Part shown: positions 61,756-64,000 of the stretch, in pieces
How the letters are laid out: each line of letters starts with the position of its first letter
Numbering within the stretch: the first letter of the stretch is position 1
From: Candidatus Bathyarchaeota archaeon
GTDB lineage: Archaea > Thermoproteota > Bathyarchaeia > Bathyarchaeales > Bathyarchaeaceae
Assembly (NCBI GenBank): GCA_963697165.1
Contig: CAVOMX010000025.1
Location: forward strand, 96,001 to 160,000
Length of the DNA stretch: 64,000 nt
Direction of reading: 5' to 3'
Notes under the pieces: generated by a model
What the model was told of the DNA's origin: nothing
Databases searched by the model: none
Seen by the model: the letters and a program-made list of their open reading frames with translations, nothing else
Position numbers and translations under genes: made by a program

Positions 61756-63544
61756 TCATGTGGTCCATCTCCACCATCCTTCCGGATCCATGGCTAGGTC
61801 TCCTTGGTCAACCAGTTTTTCGAAGAGCTGTTCAGATTCAGGTTCGGTTAGTTTGGGATCGAGTTGTTTGGCTATTTTTTCGAAGTCTTGTTGAGTTCCA
61901 GATGAGAAGAGTTCTCTTAATCTAGATTCGAGTTGAGAAAAGCCTAAATTTTGTAGTTTTTCTTCTACGCCGACAATTTTGGGCTCCTTTAAGGTTTTAG
62001 AGTCCTGTTTAGGTTCCAAAGGCTCTAGAAAATATTCCTCCCTGAAAAGCGTCTCTATGAAATATTTTGTTAGGTCGCAGCTTGAGTTTAAGGGATGTTT
62101 TTCTTTGTCCACTAAATTGTTGCATATGAAGATGTTTTCTTGGGAGGAATAATTTTGGAGGTTTTCTAGCCAGTTTTTGAGGTCTTTTTCGTGAAAGAAG
62201 GGCGTAGATTGTCGGAGCGAATAATATAGACGGCTTTCAGCCTTATTTAATGGATAAACTAGTCGTCGGCGTTTGTCTTCTGGGTCTTGTATGGTGTCTA
62301 CCCAGCCGATGTCTCGTAATAGTTCGATGTATTTGTAGGCGCTTTTTTTGCTGACTTTTTCTGACATTGTTGTCGTTATGTTTTTCGACTAGTTCTTCGT
62401 AGTTGGCGGGTCTTTGGAAGGGAACGATTATTTTGTGGTAGAAAGTTATGATGTGTCCGGGTATGCCTGCTCTGGTTGTTTCTTCGAAGCTTTTTAGCAG
62501 TTCCAATGCTGTTATGTAGTCGTGGATGGTTGCCATCCAGTACTGGTTTTTGTTTAGGATTATGTATGGTCTTTTGAAGATGTTGAGTAGGCAGTTAAGT
62601 TCTATTAAGGCTATGAAGTGTAGGTAGTCTCTCATGTCTCTGGATAAGGATGAATGATAGATTCTGCTTAGTTCGTTAGAGTAAGGGATCACTACGTTGT
62701 TTATTATGGATAGTCTGCCTGTTAGTATGTCCAGGAATTCTTGTAGGTTCTTGAATTCTTGGTCGGTTTTGCTGTCGAATTTCCATGGGTATGCTTTCTT
62801 TTCGCCTATCAGCTGTATGGCTGCTTTGATTTTTTCTTGGTCTAAGTCAGGTGTTACTGTGAAGCCTCGGGTTGCTAGGTCTTCGATGTATTTGGTGTCT
62901 GTTGTGCAGAAGATGCAGGCTGGCCAGCCCTTGAGCACTACGTGCATGGTTCTTAGGGCTCCTCCTCCGGGTTTGTCTGTGAATTTGTAGCTGATTTGTG
63001 GTGCGTCATGGCTAAGGACTGGTCTTAGGCGCATGTATGTTTCTAGATGAGGAGATTCCAAGAAAACTAGTATTTTTCCTTCTAGGTTTACTAGGTAGTA
63101 TGCTTTTCTTAGGCGGTCTCGCCATCGTTTTTGGGCTGCTTCATAGGCTTTTTTGTCGAATTTTTCGTTGTCGTCGTTGTAGTCTTCTTTTTTTGGTTTG
63201 TCTTCGATGGGGTCGATCTCTTCTTTGGTTTCTGCGTCTATGAGGGTTCCGAAGTCGTGAACTAGGGCTGTGGGGGAGAGGCCTCCTAGCATCCAGATGG
63301 TTGATTGGCGAAAGTAGCGGAGGGTTTGGGTTACGTTATAGGTTTTGCCGATGGATGATGGTCCTTTTAGGAAAAGGTTTTGTGGGTTTTGGGAATAGGC
63401 GCTTAATGCTGTTAGGAAGACCATGCGTTTGGTGGCTTGATCCTTTTTCACGGTTTTGTCTAGATGGTTCATGTAAACGTTGAGAAGGTTTGGGTTTGTC
63501 TTTAGCTGAAGTAGAGCTTGGTTTTCTTGGGATTCGTTGATCAT
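61756..63544 (-). CDS. AAA+ (MCM-like/primase-associated) replicative helicase of a mobile element with wHTH C-terminus; frameshift near 62360
   Basis: NLFLKGPSSIGKT (Walker A), SPTAL, KILVFLE, TTD and Arg finger LATR; the C-terminal frame has SAYKYIELLRDIGWV..DPEDKRR. Confidence 0.75.
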
Positions 63545-63556
63545 TAGCGGTTAACC

Positions 63557-63901
63557 TCATTTTTTGAGTTTTTGTCTGTAGATCCGGTCAAGCTTTTCGC
63601 CGTAGAGCCAGTAGCTGTGGATGTAGCCTTCTCCATGATATCGGGTGCTGATTGTGGATTGACTATTCTTAAGAATGGAGATTGCTTTGTTCCAAGCCTC
63701 GGTTTGATTGGCTATTTCTTGGGCGATTTCGTATTCGCCTAAACGGGTGCCTTCTCGTTGCTCGAAATTGAGGGCAAAAAATATGGTTTCTGAGATTGTT
63801 TCGTTTGTTTGTTGGTTGCTGATTTGTTGTTTAAGTTGTTTTGTGGCTGCTTCCACTGATTCTAAATATTTTAGAATTGCTTGTTGTATTTTTTCACTCA
63901 T
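63557..63901 (-). CDS. Hypothetical protein of the mobile element
   Basis: 114-aa ORF co-oriented with and adjacent to the helicase. Confidence 0.65.
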   Translation of the reverse strand: MSEKIQQAILKYLESVEAATKQLKQQISNQQTNETISETIFFALNFEQREGTRLGEYEIAQEIANQTEAWNKAISILKNSQSTISTRYHGEGYIHSYWLYGEKLDRIYRQKLKK

Positions 63902-64000
63902 ATTTTCTTCTGGTTCTTGTGCTGCCGCTACCTGCAGCTGTATATTCGCTACCAGATTCTTCTACAATAACGGCTTGGCCGTCGATCTTGGGGTTGTAGT

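Larger units (their letters stand above)
60088..64000 (-). mobile_element. Left end of an integrated plasmid/provirus-like element (extends beyond the window)
   Basis: Integrase, AbrB regulator, helicase and an orphan on one strand, with abruptly A-rich coding strand, next to a conserved ribosomal cluster. Confidence 0.8.

Noticed and set aside
804..63483. Numerous antisense or nested short ORFs in the track
   Set aside because: They are shadows of well-supported genes on the other strand or frame.

Overview
Archaeal chromosomal segment, most likely TACK/Bathyarchaeia. This is inferred from PolB1, the Nop10/aIF2-alpha/S27e/L44e cluster, P0/P1 stalk proteins, CarS, AglB and an H4MPT-type formyltransferase. 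Most of the window is housekeeping: Lon, proC, two convergent purine operons, archaeal MAT, the secE-spt5-L11-L1-P0-L12-alaS cluster, PolB1, methanogen-type homocysteine synthesis, an ABC exporter, argG-argH-carA-carB, tRNA-Pro, Clp1, RadB-like, topoisomerase IA, AglB and a translation cluster. The right edge holds the left end of an integrated mobile element (tyrosine integrase, AbrB, AAA+ helicase). About a dozen genes, including essential ones, are split by 1-nt shifts that look like sequencing indels. The top candidate for an undescribed system is the tightly coupled purF-purD-HAD phosphatase-Ftr paralog-PfkB kinase operon. It sits where the absent GAR transformylase (purN/purT) would be expected, which suggests a methanopterin-dependent GAR formylation route. 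Other leads: an AT-rich DUF2589-type three-gene island; apparent in situ replacement of alaS with a relic of the old gene; a 46-bp ungapped intergenic repeat in three copies; a 184-bp inverted-repeat-bounded element in a 2.2-kb gene-poor region; and eukaryote-like PAC4 and OSTC/OST3-6 homologs. All family calls come from motif recognition by eye; no searches were run.
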